Of a stretch of 64,000 bases of DNA, positions 51,021-58,823 are shown piece after piece; the first letter of the stretch is position 1; each line of letters opens with the position of its first letter. The notes under the pieces are model-generated. The model was given only the letters and a program-made list of their open reading frames with translations, did no database searches and was not told the DNA's origin. The position numbers and the translations under genes are program-made. This DNA comes from Clostridia bacterium (lineage in GTDB: Bacteria; Bacillota; Clostridia; Christensenellales; DTU072). The stretch is taken from contig DAONQC010000002.1 in NCBI GenBank assembly GCA_035409945.1, forward strand, positions 128,403 to 192,402, written 5' to 3'.

Positions 51021-52121
51021 TGCTCTGCCTTCGCCTATCTCTCCTAAACCTTCACCCGTTTTTGCTGAAATAGTTATATCTGATGATGGAATTTTCAGTA
51101 CATTTCCAAGTCTCACTCTCATAATCGGTATATAATCTGCGAGTTTTGGTTTTTCGAGTAGCACTACTATACTAGCGTGTGTTACTTTTAGATTTTTTTC
51201 ATTTAGTTTTGAAAGTGCTTCAGTTAGCATAATTGTACTATCAATATCTGCATATTTGGGATCGGAATCGGGGAAATGAGAACCAATATCTAGTTCTCCT
51301 GCAGCAGATAGCACTGCGTCTATTAATGCGTGCACTGCAACGTCACCATCTGAATGAGCAAGTGATCCTAAGTGATAATCGACCTGCACTCCACATATAA
51401 CAAGGCTCCTTCCGGGAATTAAAGCATGAATATCATAGCCACTTCCAATCTTGGTATTTAGTCCTGCTGCATCAGATGGATCTGTTAGCTTGATGTTTCT
51501 TTTATCCCCCGCAACAATGCTCGGTTCCCTTACGTATTCTAAGTAAATCTCGCTTTCATCGGTATAATCAGCAAAAGATTTTTTGTCACTAAGTATGGAA
51601 TTAAATGCCATCCTTATCGATTCAGTTAAAAAACCTTGTGGAGTTTGAACTAAACAATATTTATCTCTATTTACCGTTTTGATAATTTTATCACCATCGA
51701 TTCTTCGCATGCTATCATCTGGCTTTAAAACTGGTATAGCTGAACCATCTATGCTTGCGCATTCCATGACCTCTTTTATTAACTTTTTAGATACAAAAGG
51801 TCTTGCACCATCGTGAATTAATACATATTCACTTTTCACGTCTTTAAGAGCTAGGTAGACCGTTTCTTCTCTACTCTTCCCACCTTTTGTAACGATAATA
51901 TTTTCATTTTTATTGCGGCTAGCTATGTCTTTTGCAATAGATATATTTTCATCATTTACAGCTATTATGATATTTTCTATATTTTCCATTCCCATAAACG
52001 CTTCCACTGTTCTTTCTAGTGTGGTTTGGCGGGAAATGGTAAGAGCCATCTTATTAACGCCCATTCTCTCACTTTTACCTGCAGCAGTTATTATCACATC
52101 AAACCTAATATCTTCTCTCAT
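50988..52121 (-). CDS. ispDF: Bifunctional IspD/IspF (MEP cytidylyltransferase / MEcPP synthase)
   Basis: 377 aa. N-terminal half VIITAAGKSERMG...HDGARPF (IspD). C-terminal half GSGYDIHAL...LGSLAHSDGDVAVHALIDA...GSHFPDSDPKY (IspF). Confidence 0.9.
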   Translation of the reverse strand: MREDIRFDVIITAAGKSERMGVNKMALTISRQTTLERTVEAFMGMENIENIIIAVNDENISIAKDIASRNKNENIIVTKGGKSREETVYLALKDVKSEYVLIHDGARPFVSKKLIKEVMECASIDGSAIPVLKPDDSMRRIDGDKIIKTVNRDKYCLVQTPQGFLTESIRMAFNSILSDKKSFADYTDESEIYLEYVREPSIVAGDKRNIKLTDPSDAAGLNTKIGSGYDIHALIPGRSLVICGVQVDYHLGSLAHSDGDVAVHALIDAVLSAAGELDIGSHFPDSDPKYADIDSTIMLTEALSKLNEKNLKVTHASIVVLLEKPKLADYIPIMRVRLGNVLKIPSSDITISAKTGEGLGEIGEGRAIAAYAMVIAN

Positions 52122-52228
52122 TTTTGTCCTATCTTTTCACAATAATATTTGTAATTTTAAGCTAAGTTACTACTTTTTTAGTTTAATAAAACCCACTTAA
52201 AATGTCAATAATAAGGCTAATTCACAAT

Positions 52229-52470
52229 GTTGCACTTATCCTATAACGTCCAAGTGGCTATCTACCGTTGCACTTACTATGATAACTAACAGTTGCACTT
52301 ACTCAATAAAGCTCGCGGGGGGTCTGTTTACTGTTGCATTTACTCTGACAGCTGACAGTTACATTTTAACCATAAGTTTAACCGTTGTACTTACTTGAGA
52401 AATATTGGGTCTAGGTTACTAACCACTCTCTACTTACTATGACAACTAACAGTTACTCTATGTTGCTATA
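52229..52470 (+). repeat. Array of GTTGCACTTAC-family subunits (locus C, at least 8 subunits)
   Basis: Subunits begin at 52229 (38 nt), 52267 (25), 52292 (41), 52333 (25), 52358 (26), 52384 and ~52431. Long form: GTTGCACTTATCCTATAACGTCCAAGTGGCTATCTACC. Short form: GTTGCACTTACTATGATAACTAACA. Confidence 0.8.
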
Positions 52471-52615
52471 TATCAAAAGATGTCCTATCACGGCTCTGCC
52501 TACTATGAAACTTGATATCACTTTAAAATCACTCTAGCTGATTGAGAACATATTTGCGCTCTATTTATTATAAAAATTGGCACACGCTTTGCACTCAAAT
52601 GTAAGCTCTCGTACA

Positions 52616-52644
52616 TTGACAAAAACGCTATACAATGCTAGTAT
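52616..52644 (+). promoter_or_regulatory. Candidate rplI promoter
   Basis: TTGACA-N17-TAGTAT, with the -10 ending ~30 nt before ATG 52675. Confidence 0.55.
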
Positions 52645-52674
52645 TTTATTAACATATTTACAGTGAGGAATGAC

Positions 52675-53124
52675 ATGAAAGTAATACTTTTAGAAGATGT
52701 GCAAGGTCACGGCAAAAAGGGAGCGATAATCGAAGTAAACAGTGGATTTGCACATAACTATTTAATCCCAAAGAAAAAAGCAATTGAAGCAACTCCTGCT
52801 ATTTTAAACGAAGTTAAACATAAGTTAGCTAAAGAACAAAAGCAACGCGAGCTAGAACTACAACAAGCAAAGGAACTAGCTAATACATTAAACAATACAT
52901 TCATCGATGTCCCTGTAAGATGTGGACAAGGTAAAATGTACGGTAGCGTAACCACAATGGATGTGCAAAAAGGTTTAGCAGCAAAAGGATTTGACATCGA
53001 TAAAAGAAAAATTGTACTTAATGAGACCATCAAAGAGCTAGGCCAATATGGTGCAGAAATTAAAATTGCACCCAACATCACCGCAAACATCAACTTAAAT
53101 GTTATCGCGCTAGACGATAAATAA
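52675..53124 (+). CDS. rplI: 50S ribosomal protein L9
   Basis: MKVILLEDVQGHGKKGAIIEVNSGFAHNYLIPKKKA... ATG 52675 is preceded by GTGAGGA. The track's GTG 52663 start is unlikely. Confidence 0.93.
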   Translation: MKVILLEDVQGHGKKGAIIEVNSGFAHNYLIPKKKAIEATPAILNEVKHKLAKEQKQRELELQQAKELANTLNNTFIDVPVRCGQGKMYGSVTTMDVQKGLAAKGFDIDKRKIVLNETIKELGQYGAEIKIAPNITANINLNVIALDDK

Positions 53125-53154
53125 AAACTGTCGGATTACTTATTACAAACCATA

Positions 53155-53365
53155 CAAGACTGGTTTTTGCCAGTCTTTTTTTGACTAGGAACAGCTGTTA
53201 AATTGCACCTAATATCAAATTGAATGTTCTTGCTTTGCTGTTAAATAGGAACTGCTTAATTATTGATTTAAATAGTACAATAAGAACTGGTTTTGCCAGT
53301 CTTTTTTGACTAGGAACAAAAGTTAAAATTGCACCTAATATCGAATGAAATGCTCTTGGTTGGGT
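53155..53365. repeat. ~126-bp tandem duplication of the rplI terminator and downstream sequence
   Basis: CAAGACTGGTTTTTGCCAGTCTTTTTTTGACTAGGAACAGCTGTTAAATTGCACCTAATATCAAATTGAATG (53155-) versus TAAGAACTGGTTTTGCCAGTCTTTTTTGACTAGGAACAAAAGTTAAAATTGCACCTAATATCGAATGAAATG (53281-). Confidence 0.9.
53157..53182 (+). terminator. Rho-independent terminator of rplI
   Basis: AGACTGG-TTTTTG-CCAGTCT followed by TTTTTT. Confidence 0.8.
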
Positions 53366-53554
53366 GGTAAAAATAGCGAATTAATTCTATTACTACAACG
53401 AAACTGATGGTATGGTGGGACCTTTTTGTCCAAAGGATTTTTGGCACTAAAAAAGGAGCTTTATTAAAAACTCCTGTTTTTGATTGTAAGTTCACAAACA
53501 CTACTAGGAGAAGAGTCTCCTAGTAATGAATTTTGAGAGTTAGATTATCAGTAA

Positions 53555-53932
53555 CTATGCTACTTCTACTTCTGCACCGACTGCACGTAATTTTTCAGCC
53601 ATTGCTTCAGCATCTTCTTTGCTGAGTCCTTCTTTAATGGTCTTTGGAGCTGAATCAACTAATCCCTTAGCTTCAACTAGTCCTAATCCTGGAAGCACTT
53701 CTCTAACTACTTTAATAACTTGAATCTTTGTTGCACCTGCTGACTTTAGAATGACGTCAAATTCGGTCTTCTCTTCAGCTTCTGCAGGACCAGCTGCTGC
53801 TGCGGGGCCAGCGGATACTGCCATTGCTGCTGCGCTTACTCCAAATTCTTCTTCTAATGCTTTTACTAAGTCGTTTAATTCTAAAACTGTTAGACCTTTT
53901 ACTTGTTCTACTATTGATTTAATGTCTGCCAT
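53555..53932 (-). CDS. rplL: 50S ribosomal protein L7/L12
   Basis: 125 aa. [23 protein letters not shown]...Ala/Pro hinge...[19 protein letters not shown]. Confidence 0.97.
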   Translation of the reverse strand: MADIKSIVEQVKGLTVLELNDLVKALEEEFGVSAAAMAVSAGPAAAAGPAEAEEKTEFDVILKSAGATKIQVIKVVREVLPGLGLVEAKGLVDSAPKTIKEGLSKEDAEAMAEKLRAVGAEVEVA

Positions 53933-53975
53933 TTTTATTTCTCCTTTAATAATTTCTTTTTATTTTTAACTTAAA

Positions 53976-54470
53976 TTAATTTGCTTTTTCTTTTGCTATT
54001 GCATCAATAACTCTTGCGAATGATGAAATGGGTGATAATAACATACCAAGAAGTTGTGATAGTAGTGTTTCTTTGCTTGGAACTTTAGATAACGCGATAA
54101 CTTTTTCTGCATTGAAAAACTCTCCTTCTACCATGCCGCACTTAATTTTCATCTTTTTAAACTTACCAATCTTCTCAGCAGTAATTTTTGCAGGTGTAAT
54201 TTCATTATCTACAGATACTGCTACGGAAGTAGAGCCAACTAAATACTCATCGAATTGAGTATACCCTAAATCATTTAGTGCGATTTTGAGAAGTGTGTTT
54301 TTAAATACATTGTAATTGACATTAGCTTCTCTATAAGCATTTCTAAGTTCTGTATCCTGAGCTACATTTATTCCAATGTAATCCACTAGCACAAAAGATT
54401 TTGAACCTTTAATAATGTTCTTAATCTCTTCTACCTTAGCTTCTTTTTTCTCTCTAATTGCTTGAGACAT
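53976..54470 (-). CDS. rplJ: 50S ribosomal protein L10
   Basis: 164 aa, directly upstream of rplL. KKEAKVEEIKNIIKGSKSFVLVDYIGINVAQDTELR is typical of L10. Confidence 0.93.
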   Translation of the reverse strand: MSQAIREKKEAKVEEIKNIIKGSKSFVLVDYIGINVAQDTELRNAYREANVNYNVFKNTLLKIALNDLGYTQFDEYLVGSTSVAVSVDNEITPAKITAEKIGKFKKMKIKCGMVEGEFFNAEKVIALSKVPSKETLLSQLLGMLLSPISSFARVIDAIAKEKAN

Positions 54471-54474
54471 TTTA

Positions 54475-54600
54475 ACCTCCTATATTAATTTAGCTCCGTT
54501 CCAACGAAGAAACGGAGCTGTTTGCTCTTAGATTTACGTTTCTTCTGCGTGTGTTTTTCTTGTTTTAAGCCTTTTAATGGCACACACGGTCTTGGAAGCT
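54475..54600 (-). promoter_or_regulatory. Structured rplJ leader (possible L10-leader autoregulatory RNA)
   Basis: In the minus sense there is a 9-bp hairpin AGCTCCGTT-TCTTCGTTGG-AACGGAGCT (54492-54519) 12 nt upstream of the SD, and a second helix CGTGTGTG...CACACG further 5'. Firmicutes commonly carry an L10 leader here. The match to that family was not tested. Confidence 0.35.
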
Positions 54601-54672
54601 ATTTTGATTATTGTAATTTTAATATAACATTTATGTAAAGTCAATCATTTGACTTAAGTAGTATTTGTTATA

Positions 54673-55359
54673 CTAGTTTTGTTTATAATTCACCTTTACG
54701 CCAGGTCCCATAGTTGCTGCAAGGCTAACACCTTTTATATATGTTCCTTTAGCTGCGGCTGGCTTTGCTTTGATAATTGCACCCATAAGAGCATCAAGGT
54801 TTTCTTGTAGTTTTTCCACACCAAATGAAGCTTTGCCAATTGGGCAGTGAATTATAGCGGTCTTATCTACTCTATACTCAACCTTACCTGCTTTTGCTTC
54901 TTTAATAGCTCTTGCAAGATCCATCGTAACGGTACCCGTTTTAGGTGTAGGCATCAAGCCTCTCGGTCCTAATATTCTACCTACTTTACCTACTTGTCCC
55001 ATCATATCTGGAGTAGTAACTAAAGTGTCAAAAGCAGTCCATCCACCTTGGATTTGTGCAATTATTTCTTCTGCTCCAACGATATCTGCACCAGCTTCTT
55101 TGGCTTCATCGGCTTTTTCGCCTTTAGCAATTGCAACTACTTTTACAGTTTTTCCAGTTCCATTAGGTAATACCACAACACCTCTGACTTGTTGGTCTGC
55201 GTGTCTTGGATCAACACCTAATTTAACGTGAAGTTCAATTGTTTCATCAAACTTAGCTTTAGCTGTATCTAAAACTATATTTAAAGCTTCGGAAGTTTCA
55301 TATTGTTGATATTTGTCATATGCTTTTAAAGAATCTACATACTTTTTACCACGTGCCAT
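54673..55359 (-). CDS. rplA: 50S ribosomal protein L1
   Basis: [16 protein letters not shown]... ATG 55359 is preceded by GGAGGTGG. The track's longer start (55380) overlaps rplK and is unlikely. Confidence 0.95.
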   Translation of the reverse strand: MARGKKYVDSLKAYDKYQQYETSEALNIVLDTAKAKFDETIELHVKLGVDPRHADQQVRGVVVLPNGTGKTVKVVAIAKGEKADEAKEAGADIVGAEEIIAQIQGGWTAFDTLVTTPDMMGQVGKVGRILGPRGLMPTPKTGTVTMDLARAIKEAKAGKVEYRVDKTAIIHCPIGKASFGVEKLQENLDALMGAIIKAKPAAAKGTYIKGVSLAATMGPGVKVNYKQN

Positions 55360-55369
55360 ATTCCACCTC

Positions 55370-55798
55370 CTACTCTTCAACTATGGTTACGCCCATGCTA
55401 CGCGCTGTTCCCATTACCATGCTCATTGCAGCTTCTACACTAGCAGCGTTGAGGTCAACCATCTTTGTCTTCGCAATTTCTTCAACTTGAGCTTTTGTCA
55501 TTTTGGCTACCTTGTTCATTTTAGAGTTTGCGCTACCTGAGTTGATGTTACATGCTTTCTTAATTAATACTGGAACAGGGGGAGTTTTTGTGATAAACGA
55601 AAATGACCTGTCGCCATAAATGGTTATTACGACTGGTATTACAAGACCTACTTGGCCTTTTGTTATTTCGTTAAACTCTTTGGTGAATCCAGGAATGTTA
55701 ATGCCATAAGGACCAAGTGTTGATCCAACTGGCGGTCCAGGGGTCGCTTTGCCCGCTGGGAGTTGTAATTTTACAACTGCGGTTACTTTTTTTGCCAT
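55370..55798 (-). CDS. rplK: 50S ribosomal protein L11
   Basis: [35 protein letters not shown]... ATG 55798 is preceded by GGAGGTAA. Confidence 0.96.
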   Translation of the reverse strand: MAKKVTAVVKLQLPAGKATPGPPVGSTLGPYGINIPGFTKEFNEITKGQVGLVIPVVITIYGDRSFSFITKTPPVPVLIKKACNINSGSANSKMNKVAKMTKAQVEEIAKTKMVDLNAASVEAAMSMVMGTARSMGVTIVEE

Positions 55799-55993
55799 AG
55801 TCAATTACCTCCGTGACTAATTAGGTTCCAACGAACAATAATGTAAAAAATTTTATTGTTCTCCCAGTGCTATATATAATGAAATTATAATAACTTGTTT
55901 ATAATCTCATACCTATCATATTTTTGCAACTTTTTTATTGCGGTTTTTTAGTTATCCAAATGTAGACTTATACTACACGATAACGATTTGTTA

Positions 55994-56536
55994 TTAATTT
56001 AAAGGCTCTACCTTTTTTACTTGGTTAAAGCCAAGTTCTACGATGCTATTTCTTCCAGCTACAGTTATAACAACCTTGACCTTTTCCTTATCTAAAAGTA
56101 CATTTTGTACTATTCCTGTTAGCGTGGTTAAAACGCCAGAAACGATTTCTATCTCATCGCCTTCTTTGATTGCAAACTCTTCAACATCCAGCTTTTCTAG
56201 ACCCATTCTAATAGTTTCGTCATCTGTCAATGCTTTAGGGTCACCACCAGGGCCAACAAATCCAGTAACTCCTTTTGTGGAGGTTATGAAATATCTAATT
56301 TGTTCGGTTAATTTAGCCTTTACAAATACATATGATGGATACTTTTTAACTTCCTTGATTTTACGTTTGCCGTCTTTCTCTTGAACTTCTTGGACCATAG
56401 GAATTCTTATATCCACAATGAATTCTTCGAGATTATTTTGTTCAATAATATTCTCGAGACTTTGTTTTACTTTAGTTTCATACGTTGCATACGTATGAAT
56501 TATGTACCATCTTAATGTCGTATTATCAATATCCAT
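55994..56536 (-). CDS. nusG: Transcription termination/antitermination factor NusG
   Basis: 180 aa. RWYIIHTYATYETKVKQSLE (NGN domain) and a C-terminal KOW (GDEIEIVSGVLTTLTGIV). Confidence 0.93.
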   Translation of the reverse strand: MDIDNTTLRWYIIHTYATYETKVKQSLENIIEQNNLEEFIVDIRIPMVQEVQEKDGKRKIKEVKKYPSYVFVKAKLTEQIRYFITSTKGVTGFVGPGGDPKALTDDETIRMGLEKLDVEEFAIKEGDEIEIVSGVLTTLTGIVQNVLLDKEKVKVVITVAGRNSIVELGFNQVKKVEPLN

Positions 56537-56538
56537 AC

Positions 56539-57171
56539 CTATTTATTTCCTATTCCTACAAGCTCTCTTAGAGCTGCTGTTAATCCAAAATCAAAAGCGG
56601 TTATTACTACCATGAAAAACAACACTACTAAAACAACTGTTCCAATATTTGACCAAACACCTGTAACTTTAGAAGTGCTTCTAAATGGAGGCCAAGTAAT
56701 TGCTTTCAATTCAGCTTTTATAGCTCTTAACCAAGCTCTAAATCTTTGCCAAGGATTCCTTTTTTCTTCAACACCTTTTCTTTGGTTGGGAGCTCTCTTC
56801 TTTTTAGCGCTAGAGGCCGCCCTCTTAGTTTTCATAGCATTATACTGCTCAGAACTTATTGTCTTAGGGGCAGACTTTTTATTAGCACTTGCACTGGCAG
56901 CCTCTGCTTCCGCAGCTTCTTTGGCTCGCCTTCTAGCTCTTTTGGTCATATTAGCCTCATCAGCCATAAGTGCTTCCTGCGCCTTTCTTTCTTCAGATGC
57001 AGCTATAGCCGCTTCTTTAGCTCTCCTTCTTTTCTCGCTTTTAGATATAACGGGCTTGTTTGAAGTTTTGTTTACAGAACTAGCACTCTTATCAGCAGAA
57101 GTTTTTACATCTTCTTCCACCGCAACATTTTCAGAGACTACCGTAGTGTCTTTATCGTTACCTTGTGTCAC
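56539..57171 (-). CDS. secE: Preprotein translocase SecE with a ~140-aa basic, Ala/Lys/Arg-rich N-terminal extension
   Basis: The C-terminal ~60 aa (IKAELKAITWPPFRSTSKVTGVWSNIGTVVLVVLFFMVVITAFDFGL) is a single-TM SecE core. It sits in the conserved rpmG-secE-nusG position. GTG start with GGAGG SD. Confidence 0.85.
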   Translation of the reverse strand: MTQGNDKDTTVVSENVAVEEDVKTSADKSASSVNKTSNKPVISKSEKRRRAKEAAIAASEERKAQEALMADEANMTKRARRRAKEAAEAEAASASANKKSAPKTISSEQYNAMKTKRAASSAKKKRAPNQRKGVEEKRNPWQRFRAWLRAIKAELKAITWPPFRSTSKVTGVWSNIGTVVLVVLFFMVVITAFDFGLTAALRELVGIGNK

Positions 57172-57182
57172 GTCAAAACCTC

Positions 57183-57332
57183 CTACTTAGTTTCTTTGTG
57201 AATAGTATGTTTTCTGCAGAACTTACAATACTTGCTTCTCTCTAGTCTGTCTGGATTCTTTTTCTTATCTTTTGTTGTATTGTAGTTACGTTGTTTGCAT
57301 TCTGTACACGCAAGCACAATTCTCTCGTACAT
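57183..57332 (-). CDS. rpmG: 50S ribosomal protein L33
   Basis: Absent from the ORF track (49 aa). My translation: [49 protein letters not shown], with the CxxC...CxxC zinc-ribbon form of L33. SD GGAGG lies 7 nt upstream. Confidence 0.92.
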   Translation of the reverse strand: MYERIVLACTECKQRNYNTTKDKKKNPDRLERSKYCKFCRKHTIHKETK

Positions 57333-57401
57333 ATTATTACCTCCAACTAGTTTTACTAGTTTTATATCAAAAAAATTGCACCCCTAGAAAAGTGCTTTAA
57401 T

Positions 57402-57430
57402 AATATAGCATTATATAATAGCAATGTCAA
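57402..57430 (-). promoter_or_regulatory. Candidate promoter of the rpmG-secE-nusG(-rplKA) operon
   Basis: Minus strand TTGACA-N17-TATATT. Confidence 0.6.
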
Positions 57431-57457
57431 TAAAAAATAAGTAGCGCAATTTAATGA

Positions 57458-57500
57458 GTTAGTTAGAGTTAGTTATCAAAGTAAGTAGAGTGTTAAGGCA
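57458..57500 (-). repeat. GTTGCACTTAC-family element, diverged copy (locus E)
   Basis: The plus strand reads GTTAGTTAGAGTTAGTTATCAAAGTAAGTAGAGTGTTAAGGCA. Compare locus A: GTTAGTTATTAAAGTAAGTGCAACGGTAAGCGC. Confidence 0.55.
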
Positions 57501-57565
57501 TATTTCTAACTAAATGCTACTTAATATAGACACGCTATTTGACATACAGTGTAAAACTATTAAAT

Positions 57566-57752
57566 CGCCGTTTTCTCTGTTATTTTGTTTTTAAACCCTT
57601 CTTTTCGTAGGATGTTTATTTGTTGTTTCAACCAAAGCTTACTCTAAGTTAGTAAGCTGCTGGTATTTTCTCTGTTACTTTGTTTTTGAATCCTTTTTTT
57701 CGTAGGATATTTATTATTATTTCAACCAAAGCTTATTCTAAGTTAGTTGAAT
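57566..57752. repeat. ~94-bp tandem duplication spanning the stop codon of the DUF3021 gene
   Basis: Copy a is 57566-57657 and copy b is 57658-57752, about 88% identical by eye (TTTTCTCTGTTA(T/C)TTTGTTTTT...TTTCGTAGGAT(G/A)TTTATT...TTTCAACCAAAGCTTA(C/T)TCTAAGTTAGT). Copy b holds stop 57733 and ~20 coding nt. Confidence 0.9.
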
Positions 57753-58221
57753 CATTATCTCCATTTATTCTTTTTTTGTATTCCTCTAATTCCTCGTTCA
57801 TCTTCTTGATTTCTGCTTTCCAAATTAAATACATGATTAACCAAATTAATGCATAAGCTACCACTCCAATTGCGATCATAATTACACAGTTTACGAATTT
57901 AAATTCAATCCACTTCAATACTGCTGATATGATTACAAGCACTGTTAACACAGGTATTGCATGCACAACCGTTGCCTTTAATAAACTCCACGAATCAATA
58001 TCAAAAACACACGTTCCCGCAATACACACTATACCAAAGATCCCAGAAAGTATTGTTTGTAAAGTTATGGCGAGTGGCATCCCCATAGCATCAATTAAGC
58101 TATTAAACACTACTTTTACACCTTCACCATAAGCTACGCTAAATATTAGCGTAATTACATTACCTAAAATTGCGCCGATAATAAAGCCGATTATTGTTCT
58201 TATAATTAACTTAGCTTTCAT
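57733..58221 (-). CDS. DUF3021-family small membrane protein (putative membrane partner/inhibitor of the adjacent LytTR regulator)
   Basis: 162 aa with four predicted TM helices. Its ATG overlaps the upstream stop (TAATG). Confidence 0.6.
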   Translation of the reverse strand: MKAKLIIRTIIGFIIGAILGNVITLIFSVAYGEGVKVVFNSLIDAMGMPLAITLQTILSGIFGIVCIAGTCVFDIDSWSLLKATVVHAIPVLTVLVIISAVLKWIEFKFVNCVIMIAIGVVAYALIWLIMYLIWKAEIKKMNEELEEYKKRINGDNDSTNLE

Positions 58222-58679
58222 TATGCGGACCTTCCTTTTCTTAATATCTCTCTGATTTTTACAGAGTATCGCCTTGATGTGTAGGACTTAATACCATTTT
58301 CCATCTCAATTCTTATTATTCCACCACCTTCAAAACTCCACTTCTTTACATACTTTAGATTAACTATTTCGGACTGTGAAATTTTGACAAACCATACTGG
58401 ATCGAGCTTTTCCTCAATTTGGTATAGAGGCTCATTTAATACAAACTCACCATTAGTTGTTTTTACCGATAAAAACCTACCATCTTTAGAAATCAAAATG
58501 ATATCGTTTATATCTATTAGTTCTTCATCTGAAAGGACATTGCAAGAGATGACATCATTTTTAGGCTCACCCAAACGCTCGAGTATTTCATTGACCTCGT
58601 CGTTTTGCTCTTTTGCCTTAATAATGACTTCAGTTTCTTTGATAGTTTCATCAAAAATGAACTTCAACTTAAATGCCAC
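58221..58679 (-). CDS. LytTR-domain DNA-binding transcriptional regulator (stand-alone, no receiver domain)
   Basis: 152 aa. The C-terminal LytTR pattern is FLSVKTTNGEFVLNEPLYQIEEKL..FVKISQSEIVNLKYVKKW......IEMENG.....SRRY. Confidence 0.7.
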   Translation of the reverse strand: MAFKLKFIFDETIKETEVIIKAKEQNDEVNEILERLGEPKNDVISCNVLSDEELIDINDIILISKDGRFLSVKTTNGEFVLNEPLYQIEEKLDPVWFVKISQSEIVNLKYVKKWSFEGGGIIRIEMENGIKSYTSRRYSVKIREILRKGRSA

Positions 58680-58823
58680 TTACAAATCTCCCTACATTAA
58701 TAACTTTAATACCGTTTTTGGATGATTAAAATCTAGCTTACATAAGTATTTAGATTTTATCATATTTTTACGATAATTTGAATGTAAAAAAGATTTTTGT
58801 AGTTTTTACGAGTACTATCAGAA

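Noticed and set aside
52229-52470. Possible CRISPR array (regularly recurring GTTGCACTTAC...).
   Set aside because: The conserved part is only about 11-25 nt, the spacing alternates irregularly (25/38/41/26 nt), and the would-be spacers are themselves homologous between units and between loci. No cas genes or leader are in the window. It behaves as a composite tandem repeat, not repeat-spacer architecture.
53310-53501. A 63-aa minus-strand ORF between rplI and rplL.
   Set aside because: It overlaps the second (decayed) copy of the duplicated rplI terminator region, and has no SD and no recognisable motif.
56612-57190. A 192-aa plus-strand ORF (and a 105-aa one) opposite secE.
   Set aside because: It is the antisense product of the Ala/Lys/Arg-rich secE extension (reads as an L/A/S-rich sequence), has no start context, and overlaps a gene in a conserved syntenic position.
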